In this document: positions 62,001 to 64,000 of the stretch, in pieces
Numbering within the stretch: the stretch's first letter is position 1
Layout of the letters: every line of letters begins with the position of its first letter
NCBI GenBank assembly: GCA_026770705.1
Contig: JANJGN010000016.1
Location: 87,482,001-87,546,000, forward strand
Direction: 5' to 3'
Source of the DNA: Isurus oxyrinchus
Lineage: Eukaryota
Length of the DNA: 64,000 nt
Position numbers and translations under genes: made by a program
The notes under the pieces: model-generated
Database searches by the model: none
Told to the model about the DNA's origin: nothing
What the model saw: the letters and a program-made list of their open reading frames with translations, nothing else

Positions 62001-64000
62001 CACTTCACAATCCAGTCTGTGTACTCAGGTACACCACACTTCGCAATCCAGTCTGTGTACTCAGGTACATCACACTTTGCAATCCAGTCTGTGTACTCAG
62101 GTACATCACACTTCACAATCCAGTCTGTGTACTCAGGTACACCACACTTCACAATCCAGTCTGTGTACTCAGGTACACCACACTTCACAATCCAGTCTGT
62201 GTACTCAGGTACACCACACTTCACAATCCAGTCTGTGTACTCAGGTACATCACACTTCACAATCCAGTCTGTGTACTCAGGTACACCACACTTCACAATC
62301 CAGTCTCTGTACTCCGGTACATCACACTTCACAATCCAGTCTGTGAACTCAGTTACATCACATTTCACAATCCAGTCTGTGTACTCACGTACATCACACT
62401 TCAAAATCCAGTCTGTGTACTCAGGTACACCACACTTCACAATCAATTCTGTCTACTCAGTTACATCACACTTCACAATCCAGTCTGTGTACTCAGGTAC
62501 ATCACACTTCACAATCCAGTCTGTGCACTCAGGTTCATCACACTTCACAATCCAGTCTGTATACTCAGGTACATCACACTTCACAATCCAGTCTGTGTAC
62601 TCAGGTACATCACACTTCACAATCCATTCTGTGTACTGAGGTATATTACACTTCACAATCCTGTCTGTGTACTCAGGTATATTACACTTCACAATCCAGT
62701 CTGTGTACTAAGGTACATCACACTTAACAATCCAGTCTGTGTACTCAGGTACATCACACTTCACAATCCAGTCTGTGTGCTCAGGTACATCACATTTCAC
62801 AATCCAGTCTTTGTACTCAGGTACATCACACTTCACAATCCAGTGTCTGTACTCAGGTACATCACACTTCACAATCCAGTCAGTGTACTCAGGTACATCA
62901 CACTTCACAATCCAGTCTGTATACTCAGGTACATCACATTTCACAATCCAGTCTGTGTACTCAGGTACATCACATTTCACAATCCAGTCTGTGTACTCAG
63001 GTACACCACACTTCACAATCCAGTCTGTGTACTCAGGTACATCACACTTCACAATCCAGTCTGTGTACTCAGGTACATTACACTTTACAATCCAGTCTGT
63101 GTACTCAGGTACATCACACTTCACAATACAGTGTGTGTACTCAGGTACATTACACTTCACAATCCAGTCTGTGTACTCAGGTACATCACACTTCACAATC
63201 CAGTCTGTGTACTCGGGTACATCACACTTAACAATCCAGTCTGTGTACTCAGGTACATCACAATTCACAATCCAATCTGTGTACTCAGGTACATCACACT
63301 TCACAATCCAGTCTGTGTACTCAGGTACATCACACTTCACAATCCAGTGTCTGTACTCAAGTACATCACACTTCACAATCCAGTCAGTGTACTCAGGTAC
63401 ACCACACTTCACAATCCAGTCTGTGTACTCAGGTACATCACACTTCACAATCCAGTCTTTGTACTCAGGTACATCACACTTCACAATCAAGTGTCTGTAT
63501 TCAGGTACATCACACTTCACAATCCAGTCAGTGTACTCAGGTACACCACACTTCACAATCCAGTCTGTGCACTCAGGTACATCACACTTCACAATCCAGT
63601 CTGTGTACTCAGGTACATCACACTTTACAATCCAGTCTGTGTACTCAGGTACATCACACTTCACAATCCAGTCTGTATACTCAGGAACACCACACTTCAC
63701 AATCCAGTCTGTGTACTCAGGTACACCACACTTCGCAATCCAGTCTGTGTACTCAGGTACATCACACTTTGCAATCCAGTCTGTGTACTCAGGTACACCA
63801 CACTTCACAATCCAGTGTGTGTACTCAGGTACAACACGCATCACAATCCAGTCTGTGTATTCAGGTACATCACAATTCACAATCCAGTCTGTGTACTCAG
63901 GTACATCACACTTCACAATCCGGTCTGTGTACTCAGGTACATCACATTTCACAATCCAGTCTGTGTACTCACGTACACCACACTTCACAATCCAGTCTGT
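50014..64000. repeat. 36-bp tandem satellite (CACTTCACAATCCAGTCTGTGTACTCAGGTACATCA), ~390 monomers, running off the window
   Basis: 12-aa periodic ORFs in several frames (HFTIQSVYSGTS / LRYITLHNPVCV / IVKCDVPEYTDW) arise from a 36-bp unit that is stop-free in those frames. Confidence 0.97.

Noticed and set aside
50001-63988. Long 12-aa-repeat ORFs (up to 962 aa) resembling repeat or zinc-finger proteins
   Set aside because: They are open simultaneously in several frames on both strands, with scattered stops and frameshifts, as expected from a 36-bp satellite.
50014-64000. CRISPR-like 36-bp repeats
   Set aside because: Monomers are contiguous with no unique spacers, there are no cas genes, and the context is vertebrate.

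Overview
Vertebrate genomic DNA, almost certainly from a cartilaginous fish (shark). An apparently intact, unrearranged immunoglobulin kappa-type (type III / NS4-like) light-chain minicluster lies on the minus strand. Its parts are a promoter (~41250-41350), leader exon (41142-41190), V exon with a consensus 12-RSS (40664-40955), a single J with a 23-RSS (38594-38628), and a C exon (32583-32911). The gene sits in a ~20 kb island of LINE/SINE debris between two very large tandem arrays. One is a degenerate G-rich 28-bp satellite (1-~29810); the other is a 36-bp satellite (~50014-64000). Nearly all ORFs in the supplied track are artefacts of these repeats. The one-V/one-J/one-C cluster is established shark biology. 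Less expected observations are: a TSD-flanked Penelope-like insert with a minimal hammerhead-ribozyme fold, whose empty site is also in the window; two inverted CR1 copies sharing deletions that bracket L-V-J; a V-J interval made almost entirely of two minisatellites; a precise V-J join that would give TAG; identical Ets-IRF composite elements in the promoter and 4.3 kb upstream; and an orphan terminal exon. Family assignments come from recalled sequence similarity; no database search was run.
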